Below are positions 46,407-54,201 of a stretch of DNA of 64,000 nucleotides, one piece after another. Both the position numbers and the translations under genes were made by a program. Numbering within the stretch: the first letter of the stretch is position 1; each line of letters begins with the position of its first letter. The notes beneath the pieces were generated by a model that did no database searches, was not told the origin of the DNA, and was given only the letters and a program-made list of their open reading frames with translations. The stretch is taken from IMG/VR virus record IMGVR_UViG_3300036846_000738, positions 12,616 through 76,615 of that record. One strand, written 5' to 3'. This stretch comes from a virus.

Positions 46407-46961
46407 CTACCAATGGCTGCGCGATGAACTGGTCTGTGAATCGCGTCTAAGTGTTTCGCTGTGCGAACGCAATCTATTTCTGGGGGGTAGCTTGATCTCG
46501 GGCGCTAGGTCTGTGGTGGCTACCAGCAGGGTGACGTTCTGGCCGAGCATTTCGATCAGGACGCGCTCGCGGTCGCGGCCGGACATTCCGGCGTAGATCA
46601 CGACGCGGTGCTTGAGTGAGCCGCGCAGGATGGTGAGGCGCTGGCCGGGCGCGAAGCGCGGTGGCGGCGGGAGCTGGACCAGACCGCCGCGTTCCTTGGC
46701 GCGCCAGTTGGCGATGACCCCTCCGGAAATGCATGCCGGTTGGTCGCCGGTCTTGAGCAGGCAGCGGACGCCGACCGTGTTGGTGATCGGGCTCCAGTCC
46801 CGCATTTTGGGAACAAAGAGGTATCCAGCGAATAATGCTGCGATGCGGCCTTTGGTGGTTTTGAAGCGAGGCAGGTAGGGATCGAGGGCTTTCAGGCGCT
46901 CGCTGACGAAGTTTTCGCGCTGCGGATGGGTCTGAACGATAAACCATTGATCTTGCAGCAT
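46407..46961 (-). CDS. NusG/RfaH-like antiterminator
   Basis: WFIVQTHPQRE, LFAGYLFV, NTVGV, KOW-like FAPGQRL.I..G, RERVLIEMLG. Confidence 0.85.
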   Translation of the reverse strand: MLQDQWFIVQTHPQRENFVSERLKALDPYLPRFKTTKGRIAALFAGYLFVPKMRDWSPITNTVGVRCLLKTGDQPACISGGVIANWRAKERGGLVQLPPPPRFAPGQRLTILRGSLKHRVVIYAGMSGRDRERVLIEMLGQNVTLLVATTDLAPEIKLPPRNRLRSHSETLRRDSQTSSSRSHW

Positions 46962-46962
46962 T

Positions 46963-47416
46963 CCGCAAATCCCCTGTCCCTCGTTTGAATTGCGGAAAAT
47001 CGCTCTTTTCGTGAGAAACCCAATAGAACAAGGCACTTTTGACATTTCGGAATTTTCAAATCGGCACTTTTTCTTGAAATCGCGATTTTGGCCAAAATGC
47101 TAAGTGTCTGATCTTGCTGCAAAGCCGCAATTCCGCAATTGATTCTGACGTTTTTTCCGCATTTGAAAAAACTCGCGTGAAATTTGAAACCTCCGGAAAT
47201 TCTGCAAGGAATGCTTTTCCCGCAAATAGCGGAAAAGCATTTGCGGTCGCTTTTCCGCAATTGCAGTAATTTCCGGAGGAAATTCACGCTCGTCAATTGC
47301 GGAAGGCGTTTCCGCAATTGCCGCAAATGGCCAAAATCAATTGCGGAGCTTTGAGCGCAGCGCAAAAATTATTTTTGCCGCAATCCATTTTGGGCAATCG
47401 CGGAGCTTTTGCGGCC
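46963..47416. repeat. AT-rich tract with many CCGCAA/TTGCGG motifs (iteron-like)
   Basis: Roughly a dozen copies in both orientations, many as CCGCAATT/AATTGCGG. Confidence 0.6.
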
Positions 47417-47543
47417 GTCTTTTGACCCGGATGAAATCACGCACTCTATGCAGATGCATGGTTCGACCGGCGGCCGGACGTCCCGGATCGCTTGGAAATG
47501 CCGGTCCCGGAGCCTTGCGGTCAGCGCATGGCTTGGCGGTATT

Positions 47544-47583
47544 GTCGTGGGACAAAAACACCTCCGAAAATGTCTCACGAAAA
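47544..47583. repeat. Inverted repeat, left copy
   Basis: GTCGTGGGACAAAAAC-N6-GAAAATGTCTCACGAAAA. Confidence 0.8.
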
Positions 47584-47594
47584 TTAGTGAGCGC

Positions 47595-47625
47595 AAAAAA
47601 GAGGCCGCCAAACTGAAGCGGCCTC
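47595..47625 (-). terminator. Intrinsic terminator for small peptide gene
   Basis: Minus strand GAGGCCGC-loop-GCGGCCTC-TTTTTT. Confidence 0.75.
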
Positions 47626-47703
47626 TCGAAGTCCTTAAACCTCGCAATGTTGATTTTTGGACCCCTACAGGATGGGAGAAAAAATCAACATCGCGTGCAG
47701 AGA

Positions 47704-47844
47704 TCAGTAGCAGCTACGGGTGCAGGTGCGCTGTCCGGGCGGGCCACTGCAGGTGCTGGTGCAGGTCTTGCCTGATTGAGCAAAAGCTGGCGCGACGGCC
47801 TCCATGACGAAGAACGTCGCAATCGCGATAAACAGAACTTTCAT
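47704..47844 (-). CDS. 46-aa secreted Cys-rich peptide (below ORF-track cutoff)
   Basis: GAAGGAAGGA RBS; MKVLFIAIATFFVMEAVAPAFA-QSGKTCTSTCSGPPGQRTCTRSCY. Confidence 0.75.
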   Translation of the reverse strand: MKVLFIAIATFFVMEAVAPAFAQSGKTCTSTCSGPPGQRTCTRSCY

Positions 47845-47948
47845 ATTGTACGATCCTTCCTTCACGTCCGATGAAGTTTAGACGCGAGGCACCCTTAACC
47901 AGTCACGCTCGGGTTGCAAGCCCCATATAGGCCACTTAGGCCTTGCCT

Positions 47949-47988
47949 TTTTCGTGAGACATTTTCAGCCCGGTTTTTGTCCCACGAC
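47949..47988. repeat. Inverted repeat, right copy
   Basis: TTTTCGTGAGACATTTTC-N6-GTTTTTGTCCCACGAC, reverse complement of left copy except the central 6 nt. Confidence 0.8.
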
Positions 47989-48006
47989 TTTGCTGGTGGG
48001 CAGCCT

Positions 48007-48705
48007 TTATCGATCCGCAAACCGCTTGCAGAGCCACCGCCAGATCGATCTGGCTTCGGCCGTGGTGATCTGGTTGAAAAACTGTGTGCGCTCTTCTGGG
48101 CTCGTCCTCTGCCACCAATGCTGGAGCTGATCGAGTGACGTCTTGGTCTTGACGATGCCAGCTTCGATGGCGGCAGCTCGCACCGATCGAAATTCACCGT
48201 TGGCCAACCGCTCCGCGATCTCCTTGTGGTCGCGCTGCAGAACTCCCTTGAGATAATCAGCGCTATTGCCTCGCTCGGAACTATTCAAGGTTACATTGTC
48301 ACCTTGATTAGTTCCATCTTTCTCATCGCCAAATTTTGGTCGGCCAGCGCCGGGACGTTTCCCGCCGTGCGATCCCAGCACATCACCAAGCAGCTCAGCA
48401 TCGTTGACCGCGTCGATGACCGTCTGTGCGCTCTCGGGCGGCATGCCGAGACCATTCGGCTCCGGATGCCGGACGTAGGCCTCCCACGATTTAAATGGAT
48501 GGTTCTTGTTGTCATAGAGCTGACGCCAGCGCTCGTCCCGCTTGAACTCAAGCAGGCCATACTTCAAATGCCGCACCTCCCAGTCGAGCTTCCGTTTTGC
48601 CGCGCACAGTTCGACGTGCGATGCTTTACACCACGGCTGCGAACCGATCGGCGCACTGGCATCACCAACATCGACAAAATCCTTGACAGCAGTGCGTTTG
48701 ATCAC
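48007..48705 (-). CDS. Putative DNA-binding protein
   Basis: HGGKRPGAGRP, GNSADYL...L.RDH, SVRAAAIEAGI. Confidence 0.65.
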   Translation of the reverse strand: MIKRTAVKDFVDVGDASAPIGSQPWCKASHVELCAAKRKLDWEVRHLKYGLLEFKRDERWRQLYDNKNHPFKSWEAYVRHPEPNGLGMPPESAQTVIDAVNDAELLGDVLGSHGGKRPGAGRPKFGDEKDGTNQGDNVTLNSSERGNSADYLKGVLQRDHKEIAERLANGEFRSVRAAAIEAGIVKTKTSLDQLQHWWQRTSPEERTQFFNQITTAEARSIWRWLCKRFADR

Positions 48706-50645
48706 TGCTTCATCCAGATGTGCCGCATCTCAAACACCGTCTGCAATTGCGGCTCAGTCAGCTCTTCCAGCCGCTTATTGAAAATTTTCCACATTGCCTT
48801 TCCTCGCAGCTCGATCCGTTTTGATGTTTCTGGATCATGAGGATTGTATCCGCTGCGGTGTAGCTTACTGATTTGCTTTCTGAGTTTGTCCTCGCGCTTG
48901 CTTGGCGGTTCGATGTCCTCAACGACCGCCAATTGCTCTGGAGCTATCTCCGGAGACTGTTGACCTGTCATGGCTTCGAAAAATCTCTGGGCTGCCGTTG
49001 TCGAAATGGCACCATGAATGTCGGCGAGCTTCAACGCAGTGGTAAGTTGCTCATGAGTGCCGCCAGTAATTGGAGGGTCGTTGAAAGTTGCCGCAGTGCT
49101 TTCCGTCAACGACGATTCACGCGGACGCACTCGTGTGGGGCCACCGCCTCCACCACCCGGTCCGGGTGGACCTATATTGAGATCGTCGGTTACGAACGGC
49201 GCCTGCTCAGCCTTGATCTCGGCCATGATGTCGCAGAAAAATTTATCTTTTGGCGCGAAGATCGTCGCAAATTGGTTATCCCAAGACAGTGAACTCTTGG
49301 AATCATAGCGCGTGACACGATGGATCATCTGCTCGATCCAGCCACGCGATCTGATATGTGTCAGCGCCACCAAGACGTCTGCTTGCGGAGCATCCATACC
49401 CTCATAAGCCATCGCAACAGTCACCAGCGCATCGAGATACGGTCTTTCCTTGCGACGGAAACGCTCAATTGATGTTTGTGCCTCGTCACCATCATCGCTC
49501 GTCGCGATCCCAGCGTTGACTCCCATTTTTTTGAGAATGCCAAGAGCCCATTGGGCTTTTTTAATCGATCGGGCCACAATCAGGAATGTCGATCTAGGAT
49601 TGTGCTTGCGACGATTGCGCCAGAATTCAGTGGCCTCGATCAGCAACGATTCCGCAAACTCAGTATTCAATGCAGTGTACAATCCCTTGTGAGTATCTTT
49701 GACGGAAGCTCCATCGAAACTCTCGATCTTGCCGTTGCCAAAGAAGTCGTCGTTATCGTCAACCTCGTCCCAAGCGGCGGCGCAGTCGCGCAGCTCGAAA
49801 TTGATCTTGATGATTGCGTGCTCGCGCGTGGCGTCAGCTAAACCGTATTTAATCGTCGCCACCGTAGAACTAGGATTGAGGTCAACCAAACAATGCCCAC
49901 TGGTGTCCCGATCGAGATAGTTTAGAAATGCAATCCTCTTATTGTCGTGACGCGAGAGTGATCCGCTCATGACCGCAACGACCGCCGCCGATTGCACCAA
50001 CGGCCGAAGCGCCAAGTCAAATTCACCGTCCTGATAGGCGTGCTGCACCTCATCCAAAAACAGGATCATCCGACGTCGCTTGAAAAGCTCGACATGCGGA
50101 TTGATCCGATATGTGCTCGCGACCGAGAGCGCCTGATAAGTTGTCGCGTAACCAACCTTGTCGCGCAGCAAATCGACTTCATTGACCATCGCCCGAATTT
50201 CATGGTTATGCCCAATGATGCCGCGCAACCATCCATCGGTAAAAGCCGATTCGGCCTGATTGCGCAGATTGGTGCGTGGAGCAATCCAAGCGATTGCGTC
50301 GCCGACATATGGAATCAACTCTTTCGCCGCAATAACCGGCAACGCACTCTTGCCACCACCCGGCACTATCGACGCGACCACCTTGCGCAACTCTTTTCTT
50401 GTTTTGATCAGGCGACAGATTTCCAGAAACTCCTGCTGATGTTGTCGCAGCATATTCGCTCCCTTCTTTAAACTACACCGAGGGCAAAGCGCTTGCCCGT
50501 TTGCGGTGTCCGTAGCCCCACCTTTGCTCCACGGCTCTTTATGATCTGCGTGATAGCTCGCTCCTAACGGGCCACCGCAAAGCGCACAATTACCGTTGCT
50601 CGCGAGGCCAAGTTCAGTTCGTTCGCGCGAAGTGAAACGTCGCAT
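48702..50645 (-). CDS. HNH nuclease - SF2 (DExH, ResIII-like) helicase fusion
   Basis: CALC..HADH..PWSKGG.T...NGQALC..C; PGGGKS, LDEVQH, SGS, MAYEGMDAP, QMIHRVTR. Confidence 0.85.
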   Translation of the reverse strand: MRRFTSRERTELGLASNGNCALCGGPLGASYHADHKEPWSKGGATDTANGQALCPRCSLKKGANMLRQHQQEFLEICRLIKTRKELRKVVASIVPGGGKSALPVIAAKELIPYVGDAIAWIAPRTNLRNQAESAFTDGWLRGIIGHNHEIRAMVNEVDLLRDKVGYATTYQALSVASTYRINPHVELFKRRRMILFLDEVQHAYQDGEFDLALRPLVQSAAVVAVMSGSLSRHDNKRIAFLNYLDRDTSGHCLVDLNPSSTVATIKYGLADATREHAIIKINFELRDCAAAWDEVDDNDDFFGNGKIESFDGASVKDTHKGLYTALNTEFAESLLIEATEFWRNRRKHNPRSTFLIVARSIKKAQWALGILKKMGVNAGIATSDDGDEAQTSIERFRRKERPYLDALVTVAMAYEGMDAPQADVLVALTHIRSRGWIEQMIHRVTRYDSKSSLSWDNQFATIFAPKDKFFCDIMAEIKAEQAPFVTDDLNIGPPGPGGGGGGPTRVRPRESSLTESTAATFNDPPITGGTHEQLTTALKLADIHGAISTTAAQRFFEAMTGQQSPEIAPEQLAVVEDIEPPSKREDKLRKQISKLHRSGYNPHDPETSKRIELRGKAMWKIFNKRLEELTEPQLQTVFEMRHIWMKQ

Positions 50646-50893
50646 CCAACACCTCACACACAAGCGGCGGCCCGGACCGCCCCTGTCAGGGAGAAGCCGG
50701 GCCGCCTACCTTCGTTGCGCGCGCACAAAGGGTCAGAAAAATGGTTTTGAAGGCCTGACAGGGGCAGCGCAAACCAGATTCCAAAATTGCGCTTCTGACA
50801 AGCGGTGAGTTGTTTCTGTCTTTCCTTGAGCTTTGAAAGGTGCGGACCCCGGCCTTAGCTGGCGAGTGCGGTTGCAAGGCAAGCCTCGCCAAC

Positions 50894-51172
50894 TTAGGCC
50901 TTGCCCTGCATTTCCGCTTGTCCCTCGAACCGAGCCAACTGCTCTTTCAGGAGGGTGACGACGTCCTCGCGCTTGGCGTTGGACACGTAGTTGGCGCGGC
51001 CATCGAACCCGGCAAACGGAAACACCATCAGGCAAAAACCAAACTTCTTGTCCTTTGGCTCGGTGTCTTTGCCGTTGATGATCTCGTCGAGGCCGTGCGC
51101 GAGCGCATTCATCGTGCCGTGTAGCTCGGGCTCGATCGGTGCGTCGCCAAGTCCTCCGGTGTGCTGGCTCAT
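50894..51172 (-). CDS. Hypothetical phage protein
   Basis: GFCLMVFPF....RANYVSNAKREDV. Confidence 0.7.
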   Translation of the reverse strand: MSQHTGGLGDAPIEPELHGTMNALAHGLDEIINGKDTEPKDKKFGFCLMVFPFAGFDGRANYVSNAKREDVVTLLKEQLARFEGQAEMQGKA

Positions 51173-51528
51173 TTGGTTTCTCCTAAACGCTCCGTTTCTT
51201 TTGTACGCGGTTCAGTTACCCATATGGCCATTTCGCCGCACCGAGGGCAGGGCCGATCCCATAGACCGGGTTCTTGAGGAAAATGCTCAGGCGGTGTGAA
51301 GCCCACCAAGAAGCATTTCGTGCAGCCCATCACCTGCTCATGTGTTTCTGCGGTCATCCTACTCATTCTGCCTCTCGATCGGTTGGCCTTCACTTTAAGG
51401 GTGGGGACCGCAAACTCCCCGCAGCGTCGGATCAGCGCCGCGGTCCCCATGCTCGCATCCTTGCTGCCCGGATTCCAACCCGGAGGCGCGCGCATCTCGT
51501 ATTTGTGCCAGCCTCGATCAGTGTTCAC
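51169..51528 (-). CDS. Hypothetical Zn-ribbon protein
   Basis: CTKC, CPRC; overlaps neighbours; start uncertain. Confidence 0.45.
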   Translation of the reverse strand: MNTDRGWHKYEMRAPPGWNPGSKDASMGTAALIRRCGEFAVPTLKVKANRSRGRMSRMTAETHEQVMGCTKCFLVGFTPPEHFPQEPGLWDRPCPRCGEMAIWVTEPRTKETERLGETK

Positions 51529-51724
51529 TCTGCTCGGCGGCGACCGCGGTGGCCGTCTCGATCATGGTGCGATAGTCCGCGGCGATCTCGGTCATCAGCT
51601 CGATCTCGTGGTCGCGCTGTTCGGGCGACATCTTACCCTTCTCGACCAAGCGGGCATAGACCCGCTGCCGCAGCGCCAGCTCGCGCTCGATGCAGTGCAA
51701 TTTCTCCTTGGCTGTGAACTCCAT
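51518..51724 (-). CDS. Hypothetical phage protein
   Basis: GGAGG RBS; CIERELALRQRVY.R.V..GKM. Confidence 0.7.
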   Translation of the reverse strand: MEFTAKEKLHCIERELALRQRVYARLVEKGKMSPEQRDHEIELMTEIAADYRTMIETATAVAAEQSEH

Positions 51725-51735
51725 GATTGCACCTC

Positions 51736-51957
51736 CTATTTGGGTCTCATGGGTGGCGGTGGCTTGGGGCGCGGCCATGGCTTCTGCTCGCTGCAGGTCC
51801 ATGCGCCGTCGCGTGGCGGCAACTGGTCCAGCACGCAACCCGGCCTGATCCCGAAATATTTCAGGATCGCGTACTGGTCGTGAAAAATCTTGCAGTTGCG
51901 ATGGTTGTCGAGATGCTGGCAGTTCGGTGGCGCGCGATAGGTGATGCGGTAGTTCAT
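51736..51957 (-). CDS. Hypothetical protein
   Basis: ATGA overlap with upstream gene. Confidence 0.45.
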   Translation of the reverse strand: MNYRITYRAPPNCQHLDNHRNCKIFHDQYAILKYFGIRPGCVLDQLPPRDGAWTCSEQKPWPRPKPPPPMRPK

Positions 51958-52277
51958 GGCGAAGCCTCGTTCATCAACCGGTCGACCACGGCGCCGACGA
52001 TCGATGATGGTTTGCCTTGGCCGTCGCGGGTGATGGCATGGCGCAGTGTTACAAGTGAAACACCCATCTGCAGCGCCACGCTGAGCAGCACGGCGCCGTC
52101 GCGGGCAATCGCCTCGACCTGTTCGCCGCTCTTGCCGCCGTTGATGAAGACCTCGCCGATCGACCCATCGGCGTAGAAGCCGACCGTGATGGTGTGGTTC
52201 TTGTGCAGGCCGCCGAATGCCACCTCGAAGGTTTCCGACCGGCGGCGGGCGGGCAGCGCACGGCGATCATGGCTCAT
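51954..52277 (-). CDS. Stand-alone TSCPD/NrdJ C-terminal-like domain protein
   Basis: RRALPARRRSETF, TVGFYADG..GEVFI..GK.G, SVALQ.GV. Confidence 0.75.
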   Translation of the reverse strand: MSHDRRALPARRRSETFEVAFGGLHKNHTITVGFYADGSIGEVFINGGKSGEQVEAIARDGAVLLSVALQMGVSLVTLRHAITRDGQGKPSSIVGAVVDRLMNEASP

Positions 52278-52912
52278 TGTGGCCGCTCCACCTCGGTGAC
52301 GGTCGACACCCCGTATTGCGTGCTGACCAACCATTGGTTGCCGCACTGTGTGCATCGATAAGCCGTCGTTGTGGTATTTGGATCGCCGCGATCGGTGCGC
52401 TTGCCGCTCTTGTCGTAACTCGGCGTCCATCCCATGCACGTCACTGTGCCGAGGCCTTGCGTGATCGAGCAATCCTCGCGCGGACAATTGTCGGTCATGG
52501 CTGCGATCAGGTTCATCGTCACTTCTCCAGATATGCGGCTTTTCGCGTCACCGGCTCCTGTGGAGGGGGCGGCGAGAATACGAGCGAGAGCATTCAATTC
52601 GTGATTCCAATAGTATTCGTCAGCCAGATCGCCATGACTGATCGCCTTATCGCGGGCAGCTTCAAGTAGCCGCCTCCAAACTTCGTAGTGCGACTGAACG
52701 TCCGCTATCGCCGCCACCGGCTCCTGTGAGGGGGAGCCTGCGGATTCTTGTTGGTAGTGTGCAATGCGCTTGGCCGCCTCATGAAGCGCAGCCTCGGAAG
52801 CCTCGTCAACATTGAGGTCGGCAAGATCGTTAAGCACTTCGACCAGCAACGGATCGTTAAGCGATGAATAGTCAAATTCTCTCGCGGCCTTCTTATTTTG
52901 TTCGCTCATCAT
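52274..52912 (-). CDS. Hypothetical mosaic protein
   Basis: ATGA overlaps at both ends; C-terminal CTQC. Confidence 0.55.
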   Translation of the reverse strand: MMSEQNKKAAREFDYSSLNDPLLVEVLNDLADLNVDEASEAALHEAAKRIAHYQQESAGSPSQEPVAAIADVQSHYEVWRRLLEAARDKAISHGDLADEYYWNHELNALARILAAPSTGAGDAKSRISGEVTMNLIAAMTDNCPREDCSITQGLGTVTCMGWTPSYDKSGKRTDRGDPNTTTTAYRCTQCGNQWLVSTQYGVSTVTEVERPQ

Positions 52913-53142
52913 TTCCCCTCCGTGGGCTGTAGAGCGGCGCGCTTGCGGCTTTCGAGTATGAGCACCGCCTGCGTTAGATCGCGCTCCATCTGTGCCGTGA
53001 CGTTAACGGCATACTCCGCATCTTTTGGCGCGTCGGAATTTTCGCGAACCTTATCGTCATAGGTTTGACGATCAAGTTCGCCGTGAAGCGGGTTGAGCAG
53101 ATCGAGCAGCGCTTGAATTGTCTCAAGGTCCGCAAGCGTCAT
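52909..53142 (-). CDS. Hypothetical protein
   Basis: Coupled start/stop. Confidence 0.55.
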   Translation of the reverse strand: MTLADLETIQALLDLLNPLHGELDRQTYDDKVRENSDAPKDAEYAVNVTAQMERDLTQAVLILESRKRAALQPTEGK

Positions 53143-53474
53143 AGTTCAGTCTCCCTCAAGGCGAGGCGTTCGATGGCGGCGTCAACGAGCGCCAAGGCCT
53201 GCTCGCGATAGGCTGCGCGTTCCGCGTCCTTGCGGACGGGGACATGCTGGTCGGCCATAATGACCGCCTTGCAGTATTCCAGCGCTCGACGGGTCTCGTG
53301 CGAAATGCCGAAATCGATTTGTCGCTTCACAACACGCTCAAAGAATATTTTGGCAGCGTCATCTATCGGCATGTCGCCAGCGACAAAGCGAAGAGTGCCG
53401 TCGCTCCAGTCAATTCTGGCTTCGGTCCCATTGTCGCCCCCGAAGCACAGGGCGTCGGTCTGAAGGCGGATCAT
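53139..53474 (-). CDS. Hypothetical protein carrying duplicated DWSDG..RFVAGDMPIDDAAKIFFE module
   Basis: Module shared with 53845..54201. Confidence 0.55.
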   Translation of the reverse strand: MIRLQTDALCFGGDNGTEARIDWSDGTLRFVAGDMPIDDAAKIFFERVVKRQIDFGISHETRRALEYCKAVIMADQHVPVRKDAERAAYREQALALVDAAIERLALRETEL

Positions 53475-53848
53475 CAGCACACCCTGATCATTGATTTTTC
53501 CAGACGCGCTTCGTTTGCATCCCAACCCGCGTAGCGCACCAGCCGTGGAGTCGAATCGACTCCATGTTGCTGCTTCGGCGGTTTCGGTGGTTTCGGCGGC
53601 CTCGGTGGGTGCAGCCGCGGCTGTCGCTTCCGGATTCTGCCGAGATAGTAACAGACGGTGGTGTGATTGCGGTTCATCACGTTGCCAATCCGTTGGCAGC
53701 TATAGCCGCGTGCTACCAGCGCCATCGCAATCTCGATCCGCGCCGCCAGCAGCCGCCGCGGCTTGCGACGCTGCAGAATTAGCTCAACCGTGGCGCCATG
53801 GCGCGCGGCCACCTCGCTGATCAATTGCCGGGTTGATGGTCGCATCAT
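53474..53848 (-). CDS. DnaA C-terminal-like HTH protein
   Basis: ISEVA..HG.....R......AR....GYS..RIG..MNRNHTTV. Confidence 0.75.
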   Translation of the reverse strand: MMRPSTRQLISEVAARHGATVELILQRRKPRRLLAARIEIAMALVARGYSCQRIGNVMNRNHTTVCYYLGRIRKRQPRLHPPRPPKPPKPPKQQHGVDSTPRLVRYAGWDANEARLEKSMIRVC

Positions 53849-54201
53849 CCACCGCCCCTCAGAAAGCCTTGCGCGTAGAGCGGGCGCTGCTCGATCAAAT
53901 GCGAAAAATTCTCGAACGAGCAGTTACCCGCTTTCCATTCCTGTTCGCCGACGTAGCGCCATTGCCACGCCACCGGTGGACCCCGGAAAGCGAGGCAATG
54001 CTTTATGACGCCCTCAAAGAATATTTTGGCAGCGTCATCTATCGGCATGTCGCCAGCGACGAAACGAACGGTGCCATCGCTCCAATCAAGTTTGGCGGCG
54101 ACCCCTGCGGCGGTTTCGAATATCCAACAGGTCGACCTCAATTCAGCAGCCGTCAGCACTTCTCCAAGGTTAAGCTCAAGCCTTTCATCGGCATGCGTCA
54201 T
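53845..54201 (-). CDS. Hypothetical protein carrying the same duplicated module
   Basis: GAGGAG RBS; PVAWQWRY. Confidence 0.55.
   Translation of the reverse strand: MTHADERLELNLGEVLTAAELRSTCWIFETAAGVAAKLDWSDGTVRFVAGDMPIDDAAKIFFEGVIKHCLAFRGPPVAWQWRYVGEQEWKAGNCSFENFSHLIEQRPLYAQGFLRGGG

Noticed and set aside
46892-47365. 157-aa ORF over the CCGCAA cluster
   Set aside because: Low-complexity translation of the repeats, no RBS or motif, and it overlaps the NusG-like gene.
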